64,000 nt of DNA from an uncultured bacterium (GCA_903894565.1 CAITQP010000009.1:8576-72575); one strand, 5' to 3'; shown: positions 27,678 to 37,018, numbered from the stretch's first letter. A program made the numbers and translations. Notes: generated from the sequence alone by a model not told the origin.

Positions 27678-27796
27678 GGGAAAACCACAAAATGCCCTTG
27701 TGAAAGTATCCGCGGAGCGCGACGGCGCGAGCGTGAGGCGAAAATCCTTCAGGATTTTACGCTGGTACTTTCACAAGGGCATTTTGTGGTTTTCCC
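27678..27796. repeat. structured GC-rich repeat element, family 2, copy B, in the rpsL leader
   Basis: Perfect 31-bp inverted repeat gggaaaaccacaaaatgcccttgtgaaagta / tactttcacaagggcattttgtggttttccc. It flanks the conserved core cggagcgcgacggcgcgagcgtgaggcga and the hairpin gcgaaaatcc-ttca-ggattttacgc. Confidence 0.65.
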
Positions 27797-27798
27797 GC

Positions 27799-29973
27799 CT
27801 ACACCTTGAATTTGCTCGACAAGTAGCCTTTTGAAACTGTGGCAGGCATGTCGGTGACCGCTGTTTGGTAGGTGCCGTCGGGCATTTTGCGATCAATGCG
27901 AATCTTGTAGTCGGCGTTTGGAAGGAGTGCGTAGTATCTTCCTTGCGCGTCGGCGATACGGTGCATGACTTCAACACCCGTTGAAACAGATGCTATACGA
28001 ATAAGCGCAAATGAAAGTGGTAAACCTGTTTTCGCATCCGTAATATCTCCATATGGTCGTGAATGTTTGCCGTATTGTCGGAGGAAGAAAAGTCCAACAT
28101 ACAAAACAAGCACAATAATGTTATATGGCTTCGGCGCAAAGACTGTTGCGAGCATTGCGATAACAAATCCCGTGCCGAAAAGCACGTCAGATACTCGACG
28201 AAAGATTTTGCCGCGACGGGAATAGAACTTCATGAGGTTCTGCTGATTTTTTGCAAATTCATTCCAATCGAAATTCATTGGATCCATTGGAATATTTTTG
28301 ATCACAACATCCCCCGCGTTCTCAACAGTGAAGTGTTCACCGAAATACAAGTCACGGTAGAGTTCGTCATGGTCACGTCCGACGAGCTGTTGTGATGGGA
28401 AAAGATAATTCGTTTTTTGAGCAAAGATTGAGTACACACCTGGCTTTGGCACAACGAATCCGAATCGTCCATCAAGGTCGGTCAAATTGGAAACAACATC
28501 TTCTCCTTCAATAGTTCGAAGTGTTACATATGCAGGATCAAGTGGTTGCTTTGTAATACTGTCATAGACAGTACCCCACGGCTGATGACGTTTGCGCAAA
28601 CCAAGTGCGGCAAGAAGAAGCGACCACAAACGAGCTGGGATCAAGAAAATTTCAGAGAATGAAAGTGGATTCAAAAAGAGTGCCGTGAAAATTGAGGTGG
28701 CAGCACTTGCGACTACTCCGACTGTCGCTACAACAGCTTCGGCTTTTGTCGCAGTACCTGTTCCGAGAATTGCTTTTATTTTTTTGTACGTCGTGCCAAC
28801 CGTCTGCGTCGTATTACAGTAACTATTTTTTACTTGCCCAATAACTTCTCCGACGATGTCAGTTGCAGTAGAAATCGGACAACCACCACCACTTCCAGTT
28901 GTTGTCGTCGTATGAACAATTGCGTAGACACACGTTCCTGATTGACGAAAATTGCTTGCCGTTGGGTCGGTACACTGTGTGCTTGCATAGGTGCAAGGAA
29001 AAGCGCCGAGATAATTGCTCGCGGTTGCATCAAGACACAGTGGTGGTGGTGCATAGGTACACGCACCAGTCGCTCCATAGTTTGTAGCTGCTGTATCAGT
29101 ACACGTTGTTGCGTACGAACACGGCAATGCTCCGCCATAGTTTGTAGCTGAACGATCCCGACACAATAATGCATACGTACAAGCACCCGAAGCACCGTAG
29201 TTTGTCGCCGTTGTATCAGTACAAATACGCGGATAGACACATGATCCAATTGCGCCATAATTTGTTGCAGTTGTATCAGTACACGTCAGAGTATAGGTAC
29301 ATGGTAATGATCCACCAAAATTCGTCGCCGTTCGGTCCTGACACAATAATGCGTAAGTACAAATACCAGCCGAACCATAATTGGTAGCGGTCGTGTCGGT
29401 ACAGAGTGTTGGATACACACACGGCAATGATCCTCCGTAGTTGAGCGCAGTTCGATCGAGACAAATGAGTGGAGGAGGCGGAGTTGTGTGTGTCGTGACA
29501 ACAACAGTTGGGCGCCAATCAGTCTTCACACAGGCGTCAGTCTTCGTACAATCAAACAGCATCCAACCTCCACCGGACACCCATGCATATCCAGAAAATT
29601 CTCCAGTGCTTGGGTTGATTGTGACTCCTCCGTGCGTAGGGTTGAAGTTCACCCAACTCGCGGTCGAGCCCCACGCATCTCCCGTAACTGTACCGCTCGT
29701 TGTGTTGTGCACTCCCCCGCTTACTGGCGCAAGATTAATCCAACCCAATTTGTTTGACCAGATATATCCGAAAAGCGTGGTGTCACTCACCGAAACTCCT
29801 CCACCATTTGTAGGTTTCCAATTGACGATTGAATACGCCGAGCAGTCTTCATTCGAACACAATCGAGCCGTGTGACTCGTCGCGTCTATTCCTCCCGTCG
29901 AAGCAAAAAGTGCGACCGGAATGAGAAATCCGATAACACTCGCAATCAGAATGAAAAGACGTGAGAGACGCAT
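27799..29973 (-). CDS. large membrane/surface protein with nine 20-aa Cys-containing tandem repeats and C-terminal TM/beta-sandwich-like region
   Basis: 724 aa. N-terminal signal/TM. GY(I/A)W..GW(I/V).F(N) repeats. 9x C.D.TATNYG....C.Y... repeats. Several TM helices later in the sequence. Confidence 0.6.
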   Translation of the reverse strand: MRLSRLFILIASVIGFLIPVALFASTGGIDATSHTARLCSNEDCSAYSIVNWKPTNGGGVSVSDTTLFGYIWSNKLGWINLAPVSGGVHNTTSGTVTGDAWGSTASWVNFNPTHGGVTINPSTGEFSGYAWVSGGGWMLFDCTKTDACVKTDWRPTVVVTTHTTPPPPLICLDRTALNYGGSLPCVYPTLCTDTTATNYGSAGICTYALLCQDRTATNFGGSLPCTYTLTCTDTTATNYGAIGSCVYPRICTDTTATNYGASGACTYALLCRDRSATNYGGALPCSYATTCTDTAATNYGATGACTYAPPPLCLDATASNYLGAFPCTYASTQCTDPTASNFRQSGTCVYAIVHTTTTTGSGGGCPISTATDIVGEVIGQVKNSYCNTTQTVGTTYKKIKAILGTGTATKAEAVVATVGVVASAATSIFTALFLNPLSFSEIFLIPARLWSLLLAALGLRKRHQPWGTVYDSITKQPLDPAYVTLRTIEGEDVVSNLTDLDGRFGFVVPKPGVYSIFAQKTNYLFPSQQLVGRDHDELYRDLYFGEHFTVENAGDVVIKNIPMDPMNFDWNEFAKNQQNLMKFYSRRGKIFRRVSDVLFGTGFVIAMLATVFAPKPYNIIVLVLYVGLFFLRQYGKHSRPYGDITDAKTGLPLSFALIRIASVSTGVEVMHRIADAQGRYYALLPNADYKIRIDRKMPDGTYQTAVTDMPATVSKGYLSSKFKV
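28923..29478. repeat. 60-bp tandem coding repeats (about 9 units) encoding the Cys-x-D-x-T-A-T-N-Y-G repeat
   Basis: Periodic DNA similarity and periodic protein sequence CTDTTATNYG..G.CTY.. within the CDS. Confidence 0.6.
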
Positions 29974-29982
29974 GATGTAAGT

Positions 29983-30645
29983 TTAGAAACCAAGTGACGT
30001 GCCCGTGATGAGCGTGAACAGTTTGCCAACGACAGGAAAAATGAGTGGCCAAAGATAAAACAAAAAGAGGATGAGAAGCGGAAGTGAAAGGTATTCGACC
30101 GTCGCCTGAAATTTCATCGTACTTCGAGGAAAGAGAGAGAAGAGAATTTTGGATCCATCAAGCGGTGGAATCGGAATGAGGTTAAAGAGCGCGAGCAACA
30201 AATTTACAATTACGATCACTCCCGCGATGTCGGTGAATGCTTGTGCTGAACTTCCGAGCACGAGCGGGGCAACGCGAATCAAAAGACCAAACAAAACAGC
30301 AAGCGAGAGGTTCACAAGAATACCGGCAGAAGCGACAATGGCAGTACCCCAACGTTTGTTACGCAGATTGCGTTCGTTGTATGGCACGGGCTTGGCCCAC
30401 CCGATCACAAATCCCGCATGAAAGAGCACGAGGAGAAGCGGGAGGATAACCGAACCGACCATGTCGAGATGACGCAGTGGGTTCATCGTAAGCCGTCCGG
30501 CATAGCGAGCAGTCGGGTCGCCCTGACTCTCGGCGGCGAAACCGTGTGCCACTTCGTGGACAACAACGGACATGATGAGAACGACGATATAGAAGATGGA
30601 TCCGAGAAAGCCTTGCATAGAATGTATCTCTATGATAGCATGCAC
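29983..30645 (-). CDS. site-2 protease family (M50) zinc metalloprotease
   Basis: HEVAHG HExxH motif in a TM helix, multi-TM, NLIPIPPLDG motif. Confidence 0.75.
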   Translation of the reverse strand: MHAIIEIHSMQGFLGSIFYIVVLIMSVVVHEVAHGFAAESQGDPTARYAGRLTMNPLRHLDMVGSVILPLLLVLFHAGFVIGWAKPVPYNERNLRNKRWGTAIVASAGILVNLSLAVLFGLLIRVAPLVLGSSAQAFTDIAGVIVIVNLLLALFNLIPIPPLDGSKILFSLFPRSTMKFQATVEYLSLPLLILFLFYLWPLIFPVVGKLFTLITGTSLGF

Positions 30646-30658
30646 TTCGCAAATCCCT

Positions 30659-30904
30659 ATGGCAAAAGTATGCGCAATAACTAAAAAAGGTTCGATCGTT
30701 GCAGGTGGCTATTCTAACCGCACCCGTGCTACGAAGTTCAACCCAACCGGCATGGTTCGTAAGTATCCGAACATGCAGAAGAAGCGAGTCTATGTTCCGG
30801 AGCTCAAGAAGACTTTCGTCATTGACGTCAGTACTCGTGGTATCCGCACAATCACCAAACTTGGTGCATATGCTGCGCTCAAAAAGGCTGGAATCATTAA
30901 GTAA
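30659..30904 (+). CDS. rpmB: 50S ribosomal protein L28
   Basis: MAKVCAITKKGSIVAGGYSNRTRATKF... L28 pattern. Trimmed from ORF 30596..30904. Confidence 0.75.
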   Translation: MAKVCAITKKGSIVAGGYSNRTRATKFNPTGMVRKYPNMQKKRVYVPELKKTFVIDVSTRGIRTITKLGAYAALKKAGIIK

Positions 30905-30919
30905 CTAATGGTATCTCGC

Positions 30920-30946
30920 AAAAACCGCCCCAACGGGGCGGTTTTT
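30920..30946. terminator. bidirectional rho-independent terminator between rpmB(+) and the MBL gene(-)
   Basis: aaaaaccgccccaacggggcggttttt. Confidence 0.65.
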
Positions 30947-30953
30947 GTTGTTT

Positions 30954-31808
30954 CTATTCATTTTCCCCTTCACGGAGAAACGTGTGCCCGTCAGAAGTAA
31001 CAATGATTGTGCCGAGCTCATCGGTCCGCAGGATTGTGGCGCCATGGCGCTTGAGAGTGGTGAGGGTTTCGGATTTGGGGAGGCCGTATTTGTTGTTGCG
31101 ACCGGCGGAGATTACTGCCATGGTCGGCGCGACAGCGCCGACGAATGCGTCACTCGAGCTCGTCGTGGAACCATGATGCCCAACTTTCAAAATGGTGCTC
31201 GCTAATTCGTCTGCTCCATTTTCGGCGAGCACTATCCCCTCCGTCTTTTTTGTAGCATCACCCGTGAACATTATTTTTGTGGCCCCATACGCGAGAATGC
31301 CCATGATCGACCCATCATTCGTTGTCCACGTCGAGACATCGCGGTCAGGAAAGAGCACGGTGAATGTAACACCTGCATCAGGGTCGAGAGTGATCGTCAT
31401 CCCCTTTCGCGCCATGACCTCAGGAATATTTTGCTCGGCGATTTCTTTTTGAAATTGTGCATGTGTTGGCGTATGCGTCACCGTCCCCGGTTCAATCACA
31501 GCACCAACGTCATAATCACGGAGTAAGTCTATAAATCCAGCATAGTGATCGGCATCAGGATTCGTAACCATAATCACATTGATCGAGCGGTCGAGATATG
31601 GCATGACAGCAGAGAGCGGACTCTCGAGCGAACCTTCTGGACCTCCGTCAATAATCATCTGCGCACTATTCGGAGCTTCGATATATATCGCATCGCCTTG
31701 GCCGATATCGAGAAAGGCCACCCGCATAACATTTTGCGCTTGTGTGGTAAAGGGAAAAACAAGCGACACAATCGCCGGGATGAGCAAAAAGAACGTTCGG
31801 ATTTTCAT
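30954..31808 (-). CDS. secreted MBL-fold metallo-hydrolase, ComEC C-terminal-domain-like
   Basis: Signal peptide, DIGQGDA, NPDADHYAG, VGHHGS motifs of the ComEC/Rec2 beta-lactamase-like domain. Confidence 0.7.
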   Translation of the reverse strand: MKIRTFFLLIPAIVSLVFPFTTQAQNVMRVAFLDIGQGDAIYIEAPNSAQMIIDGGPEGSLESPLSAVMPYLDRSINVIMVTNPDADHYAGFIDLLRDYDVGAVIEPGTVTHTPTHAQFQKEIAEQNIPEVMARKGMTITLDPDAGVTFTVLFPDRDVSTWTTNDGSIMGILAYGATKIMFTGDATKKTEGIVLAENGADELASTILKVGHHGSTTSSSDAFVGAVAPTMAVISAGRNNKYGLPKSETLTTLKRHGATILRTDELGTIIVTSDGHTFLREGENE

Positions 31809-31858
31809 ACCAAAAAGAGTATACTAGTCTCGTCGTCAAGAAATAGTAAAGAAAAAAT

Positions 31859-32446
31859 ATGGATTACTTCACAGCAAAAACATTCGCTCTTCCCGAGCTC
31901 AAAGGAATCTCAGCCAAGAACGTCGAAGAGCATCTCAAGCTCTACGCTGGCTACGTAAAATTTTCGAATTATATCCAAAACCAAATTCGAGAATTGAGTA
32001 AAGATGCCGAAAAGAATTCGTATGAGATCGCCGAACTCCAGCGTCGCTTCGCCTTCGAACACGATGGAATGAAGAATCACGAGATCTATTTCTCACAATT
32101 TGAAGGTGGTCCTGCCTCACTCATGAGTAGTGGTGCGCTCGCTCAGCAAATCGAAAAAGATTTCGGTAGCTTCGATGCATTCCTCGCTCGATTGAAAGCG
32201 CTCGCAATGACACGCGGAGTCGGATGGGCAATGCTTTACTACTGCAGTGAATCAGGACACTTGCTCACGCAGTGGGTAGACGAGCAACACATGGGTCACC
32301 TTTCGGGACCAAAACTCATTCTCGCCATCGACATGTGGGAACACTCATATGTCTATGATTATCCGACGAGCGAAAAGAAAAAATACGTTGAGGCTTTTTT
32401 TGAGAATTTGAATTGGGGTAAAGTTGAAGAGCGATTCAGTAAATAA
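31859..32446 (+). CDS. sod: Fe/Mn-family superoxide dismutase
   Basis: AIDMWEHSYV (D/H ligands), NHEIYF and an N-terminal His. All four metal-ligand positions look present. Confidence 0.75.
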   Translation: MDYFTAKTFALPELKGISAKNVEEHLKLYAGYVKFSNYIQNQIRELSKDAEKNSYEIAELQRRFAFEHDGMKNHEIYFSQFEGGPASLMSSGALAQQIEKDFGSFDAFLARLKALAMTRGVGWAMLYYCSESGHLLTQWVDEQHMGHLSGPKLILAIDMWEHSYVYDYPTSEKKKYVEAFFENLNWGKVEERFSK

Positions 32447-32460
32447 GGTTAGTAAAATTA

Positions 32461-32556
32461 AAAAACTCTTTTGAAAAGGCAACTCGTCGCGCGTGCTCGC
32501 GCGCGAGCTTCTCGGCGCCAAGCGCCTGCGAAAGGCCTTCTTCAAAAGAGTTTTTT
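32461..32556. repeat. structured repeat element, family 1, copy 2; doubles as bidirectional terminator between sod and comEC
   Basis: Identical 80-bp core to copy 1. Flanked by aaaaactcttttgaa / ttcaaaagagttttt, with T-runs on both strands. Confidence 0.7.
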
Positions 32557-34057
32557 AATTTTGCTCCACTTTTTCACTGTTCCATTTTCGATACAGCCAA
32601 TATATTAAACACACATATATAAATAAGCATAGCCATAGTGGAAAATGTTTAATGACAACTGAGGCGAATGGAACACGCGCGAAGAATTGTACGGCTCCTG
32701 TGATGTAGCTGAGGAGATAGTGTGTGATGAGCGAGGCGGGATATGCGAGTCCTAGACTGAATGCTCCGATGAGTCCCGCAAGTGCGCCGAAGCCCATGGC
32801 GAGTGGTACGGCAGGCAGGATTGCTACGTTTGCAGGAAGTGCGATGAGTGAGAGCGTGCCCATTTTGTAGAGGATGAACGGCAAGACTCCCGTTTGTGCG
32901 CCGAGGGTCACTGACATTAATTCGCGCAGTGGAATAATGTATGCGACTTTTTTGGGAACACGCGCGAATGCACGCTCGAGCACCGGAGTGACAAAGAGGA
33001 TACCGAGCGTAGCGAGGTATGAGAGTTGGAATGATACGTCGTAAACGAGATATTTTGGATCGTAGAGAATCATCAAAAATCCGGCGACGATGAGCGCGCG
33101 AAATGCATCGTACGTGCGACCCTTGGTCCGTGCAAAAAGTCCAATGAGTGCCATGATGCCCGCACGGATTGCCGATGATTGCATGCCTGTCATTACGACA
33201 AAGAGCACGATACAGAGCGCCCCACTCGCCGAAGCGACGCGCATAGAGAGACCAAGAATATCGACGAAAAAACTTTGCAGTGCGTTTGCGACAACTGTCA
33301 CGTTGTATCCCGAAAGTGCAATCATGTGAATCGTGCCAGTCGTGACGAGGTCGTCGCGAAATTGTGGATCAATGTTTGCTTTGACTCCGAGATTGAGACC
33401 GGCGAGAAGATCGGCTTGTGGTGCAGGCAAAATACGATGAAACGATTTTACAATTACATTTTTTACGGGAATCAAATGAGCGACAACCCAATTGCCATGA
33501 TTATGTTCGAGCACAGTCGCGCTCGCATTTTTGATTTGATACACAATGTTATTTTTATACAAATATGAAATGTAATCGAATTCAGTACCTTGATCGGTCA
33601 TGAAATTCTCGGGACGTGCGAGTGTGCCGTGCACAAGCACAGTATCGCCGTACGCGAGATTCATATTTGATTTCGTGCGAACAGAAAAACTGAGGCCGGG
33701 TGTTTCGAGCGTAAAACTATCTCCATATGATTTTGCCGACGGTTCGTCGACGATGAGTCCCTCGACCGTAACGCTTGTGCCGATATTATTTTCAAAATCT
33801 TTTGTATTTGGTTTAGCGATTTCTGCACGATATGCCCCGAGCACAAATGCACAGATGAAGAGACTCGCGAAGAGTGTGTATGATCTCGCCCTCTGGATGA
33901 AAGTGGCGATGATGAGGAGGCAAACGCCGACCGCCCCCGCGACGATAGTCGCGGGGGCGGTCATATGAGAAAGCGAAGCAAAAATAATTCCGGTGGCAAA
34001 GCCTACAATACCAGAAGCCAAATATACATCTATGTTTTGTGAGCGAGCGTGCTCCAT
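32555..34057 (-). CDS. comEC: ComEC/Rec2 family competence protein (membrane domain)
   Basis: 500 aa polytopic membrane protein. IHMIALSGYNVTVVA matches the competence-domain signature. Confidence 0.75.
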   Translation of the reverse strand: MEHARSQNIDVYLASGIVGFATGIIFASLSHMTAPATIVAGAVGVCLLIIATFIQRARSYTLFASLFICAFVLGAYRAEIAKPNTKDFENNIGTSVTVEGLIVDEPSAKSYGDSFTLETPGLSFSVRTKSNMNLAYGDTVLVHGTLARPENFMTDQGTEFDYISYLYKNNIVYQIKNASATVLEHNHGNWVVAHLIPVKNVIVKSFHRILPAPQADLLAGLNLGVKANIDPQFRDDLVTTGTIHMIALSGYNVTVVANALQSFFVDILGLSMRVASASGALCIVLFVVMTGMQSSAIRAGIMALIGLFARTKGRTYDAFRALIVAGFLMILYDPKYLVYDVSFQLSYLATLGILFVTPVLERAFARVPKKVAYIIPLRELMSVTLGAQTGVLPFILYKMGTLSLIALPANVAILPAVPLAMGFGALAGLIGAFSLGLAYPASLITHYLLSYITGAVQFFARVPFASVVIKHFPLWLCLFIYVCLIYWLYRKWNSEKVEQN

Positions 34058-34794
34058 TCGTGTTTCAAAGAATCTTCTTCTTGCTTACTAAATACTTTTT
34101 TGAACTTCGTTGCCTTCTTCCCTTTCACTCGTCGTTCACATTCTGCCCATGTCTTGTGTGTTTCAATCTTACCATCAAGCAGTGAGACATAGGAATACGC
34201 TGGTGCAGCTGAACTTGATTTTTTCTTGGCTTTTTTTTGCACAATTTTTTCGTCACTCGTGCCAGAAAATACAGAACCGCCAATGAGCTGTTCATATTGA
34301 TCGAGCGGACCAACGTAGAGAAGCTGTTGTGTCTTGTCGGCGCAATTGGTCGCAATGAGGTCGGCGCGCTCGTTGCCGAGGAGTCCGATGTGCCCGCCGA
34401 CTTTGTTCCACATGAGCGCATGCTTCATCTTCAGTCGCGTAACGAGCGCGCCGAGTTCTCGCCACAAATCCTGATTGAGCACGTCGTCCCCCGTTTTTGT
34501 TTTCCAGCCATTTTTCTCCCAGCCAAATACCCACCCCGTAATCCCTTGCAAAAGATATGCCGAGTCAGTATTCACCTCAATATCCCCCACGAGTTTGCGT
34601 GATTCCACATGCGCGAGCGCACCAAGCGCCGCAGCAATCTCCACGCGATTGTTCGTCGTGTGGTCTTCTCGTCCGCCGAGCTCGTACACTTTGCCGGAGG
34701 CATCAATCACTACCGCACCCCATCCCCCCGGCCCTGGATTGCCCCGCGAAGATCCGTCTGTAAATATCGTAATCGTGTTTTCTTTCATGAGCAA
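34030..34794 (-). CDS. rnhA: ribonuclease HI with C-terminal hybrid-binding (caulimovirus-VI-like) domain
   Basis: IFTDGSSRGNPGPGGWG and NNRVEIAA (catalytic D, E). C-terminal YSYVSLLDGKIETHKTWAECERRVKGKKATKFKKVFSKQEE resembles the HBD motif. Confidence 0.75.
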   Translation of the reverse strand: MLMKENTITIFTDGSSRGNPGPGGWGAVVIDASGKVYELGGREDHTTNNRVEIAAALGALAHVESRKLVGDIEVNTDSAYLLQGITGWVFGWEKNGWKTKTGDDVLNQDLWRELGALVTRLKMKHALMWNKVGGHIGLLGNERADLIATNCADKTQQLLYVGPLDQYEQLIGGSVFSGTSDEKIVQKKAKKKSSSAAPAYSYVSLLDGKIETHKTWAECERRVKGKKATKFKKVFSKQEEDSLKHEWSTLAHKT

Positions 34795-34816
34795 TTATTG
34801 TATCAAATACTTATTT

Positions 34817-36559
34817 CTATCGCACATCGACAATCCGCAAACGGATGGTGGTACGCCCAGCGAAGTAAGATTTTTCTATTGTCGCAATGAGGTCGATGAT
34901 ATCCCCTTCGCGGACGGCTCGTGTAAATGTGTCGCCATCGGCGAAGAAGGCCATGGCGGTGCGCTCGACCTGCATGTCGTCGGCGACGATGAGTTCGAGG
35001 TGATTTTTTTCTTTGCCGAATTGTTTAGTTTTGCGAACGGAGACGCGCGGAAAGAGAAAGAGTGGTTTTGGATTGCCGAGACCAAATGGTGAGAGACCGG
35101 CGAGCATTGTCGCTGTGTTATCGTTGACCTCAGAAAGTGAGAGTACGGCATCGATCTGCGGACCAGTCGTGTTTGATTTCCCGTCGCTTGTTGCGCTATC
35201 TCGCTTTTGGCTTTCATACAGCCCACACAACATATCTTCGAGTGTGTGCACGGTATCTTCAGTCACGGAAAATCCACCGGCGAGTTCGTGTCCACCGAAA
35301 TCCAAAAAATGTTCGCGTCCAGCCGTCATGAGCTCGACGATATTGACCGCACCATTTGATCGGCAGGAACCTTTGACGACCGGTGTGCCACCTTCGGCAA
35401 TCGGGCTCCCCTGTCTGCCCCAGACGAAGACGGGTCTGTCCCATTCTTCCATGATTTTTCCTGCGACGATACCGAGAATACCAACACGCCAATCGGGATT
35501 GCCGATGACGATGATCGGGCCGAGCTCACGCTCGGCCAATTTCGCCTTCACGTCTTTCATGATATGCGCGACAAGACTTTTGCGTTCATCATTAATCTTC
35601 GTGAGATGATCCGCCACCATGCCCGCCTGCACGCTATCGCGCACGGAGAGCAATTCAAATGCGCGCATCGGTGAATCCATACGACTCGCCGCGTTTAAGC
35701 GTGGCGTGACCATAAAGGTGATATCGTCTTCGCTAATCGTGCGCTGATCGATATTGAGTTTGCGCAAAAGTTGCATGATGCCCGGACGCGGAGATTTCTG
35801 AAAGACCTGCATGCCAAAGCGTGCGATGATTCTATTCTCGCCAGTAAGTGGCACCATATCTGAGAGTGTGGCGAGACCAGCCATGTCGAGAAGCCATTTT
35901 TCCCAGCCGGGGGTGATGGAAAGCGAGCTCGCGTAGCGAGCGAGATATGCTTGAACGAGTTTGAACACGACGCCCGAACCACAGAGCATCGGGTCAGGAT
36001 ATGTGCCGCCAACTTTTGGATTCACAACGGCGAATGCTTCTGGCAATGTCTCATGCGGAATATGGTGATCCGTCACAATCACATCCACACCTTTTGATTG
36101 AGCAAATGCGATATCTTCATGATTACTCGTGCCGAGGTCGATCGTGATTATGAGCTTTGCCCCATTCTCAACAAATTGTTCCACGGCTTTTCGATTGAGC
36201 CCGTACCCCTCAAGGTGACGATCGGGGATATATACAGACATATTTTTGTATCCAATTTTTTCAAAAAAATCGTACGCAATGACCGCCCCTGGAATACCAT
36301 CACAATCGTAGTCAGCATAAATGACGATCGTCTCGTTCTTTTCAATTGCTTGGTGAATACGCACAATAGCCTTCTCCATGTCATGCATGAGAAACGGATC
36401 ATTCATATGTCCGTCGTAACTTGGTTTCAAAAATCGCTCAGCCATCTCGGGCGTCGTGTATCCACGATTAACGAGCAGCCGTGTGAGGAGCGGACTATAT
36501 CCAACAAGGCTGTGTTCCTCATCTCGGATTTGGCGGGCGTCGATAAAAGTCCTTTGCAT
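34817..36559 (-). CDS. recJ: single-stranded-DNA-specific exonuclease RecJ
   Basis: 580 aa; DHH motifs (YADYDCDG, DHH) and DHHA1 region. Confidence 0.85.
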   Translation of the reverse strand: MQRTFIDARQIRDEEHSLVGYSPLLTRLLVNRGYTTPEMAERFLKPSYDGHMNDPFLMHDMEKAIVRIHQAIEKNETIVIYADYDCDGIPGAVIAYDFFEKIGYKNMSVYIPDRHLEGYGLNRKAVEQFVENGAKLIITIDLGTSNHEDIAFAQSKGVDVIVTDHHIPHETLPEAFAVVNPKVGGTYPDPMLCGSGVVFKLVQAYLARYASSLSITPGWEKWLLDMAGLATLSDMVPLTGENRIIARFGMQVFQKSPRPGIMQLLRKLNIDQRTISEDDITFMVTPRLNAASRMDSPMRAFELLSVRDSVQAGMVADHLTKINDERKSLVAHIMKDVKAKLAERELGPIIVIGNPDWRVGILGIVAGKIMEEWDRPVFVWGRQGSPIAEGGTPVVKGSCRSNGAVNIVELMTAGREHFLDFGGHELAGGFSVTEDTVHTLEDMLCGLYESQKRDSATSDGKSNTTGPQIDAVLSLSEVNDNTATMLAGLSPFGLGNPKPLFLFPRVSVRKTKQFGKEKNHLELIVADDMQVERTAMAFFADGDTFTRAVREGDIIDLIATIEKSYFAGRTTIRLRIVDVR

Positions 36560-36604
36560 CGGGGTATTCTATCACGCCTCCCGCATATGCTAGACTATTC
36601 CCAT

Positions 36605-37018
36605 ATGAAAGACACAAACTGCCTCTTTTGCAAGATCGTCGCGGGAGAAATCCCGTGTGAGAAAATCTATGAGGATGCCGATACCCTCGCCTTCCTCGAC
36701 ATCATGCCCGTAAACCCAGGGCACACACTCATCATTCCGAAGGAGCACTACATGAATGTGTTTGAAGCTCCAGCAGATGTGTGGGCCAAAGTTATGGATA
36801 CCGTCAAGAAAGTCGCTCATGGCATTCAAGCAGGTATTCCCTCACCCGATCTGAATATCGCAATGAACAATGGCAAGCTTGCCGGACAAGTCGTCTTTCA
36901 CGCGCACGTCCACGTCATGCCTCGACATGAAGGTGATGGATATGAATTGTGGCACGGTAAAAAATATGCCGAGGGTGAAGCCCCACACATTGCGGACAAA
37001 ATAAAAAACGCCCTCTAG
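36605..37018 (+). CDS. HIT-family hydrolase
   Basis: CLFCKIVAGEIP and HAHVHVMP histidine triad. The ORF track's 36098 start is an antisense-overlapping extension and is rejected. Confidence 0.8.
   Translation: MKDTNCLFCKIVAGEIPCEKIYEDADTLAFLDIMPVNPGHTLIIPKEHYMNVFEAPADVWAKVMDTVKKVAHGIQAGIPSPDLNIAMNNGKLAGQVVFHAHVHVMPRHEGDGYELWHGKKYAEGEAPHIADKIKNAL

Noticed and set aside
27562-27690. N-terminal extension of rpsL (ORF 27136..27690)
   Set aside because: S12 conservation starts at MPTINQL (27561). The extension runs into the family-2 repeat element.
28923-29478. Possible CRISPR-like periodicity (60-bp repeats)
   Set aside because: The repeats are in-frame coding repeats of a Cys-rich protein, with no spacer/repeat alternation and no cas genes. 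Not CRISPR.
36098-37018. 306-aa version of the HIT protein ORF
   Set aside because: The N-terminal 170 aa are antisense to recJ and lack HIT similarity. The true start is MKDTNCLFCKI at 36605.
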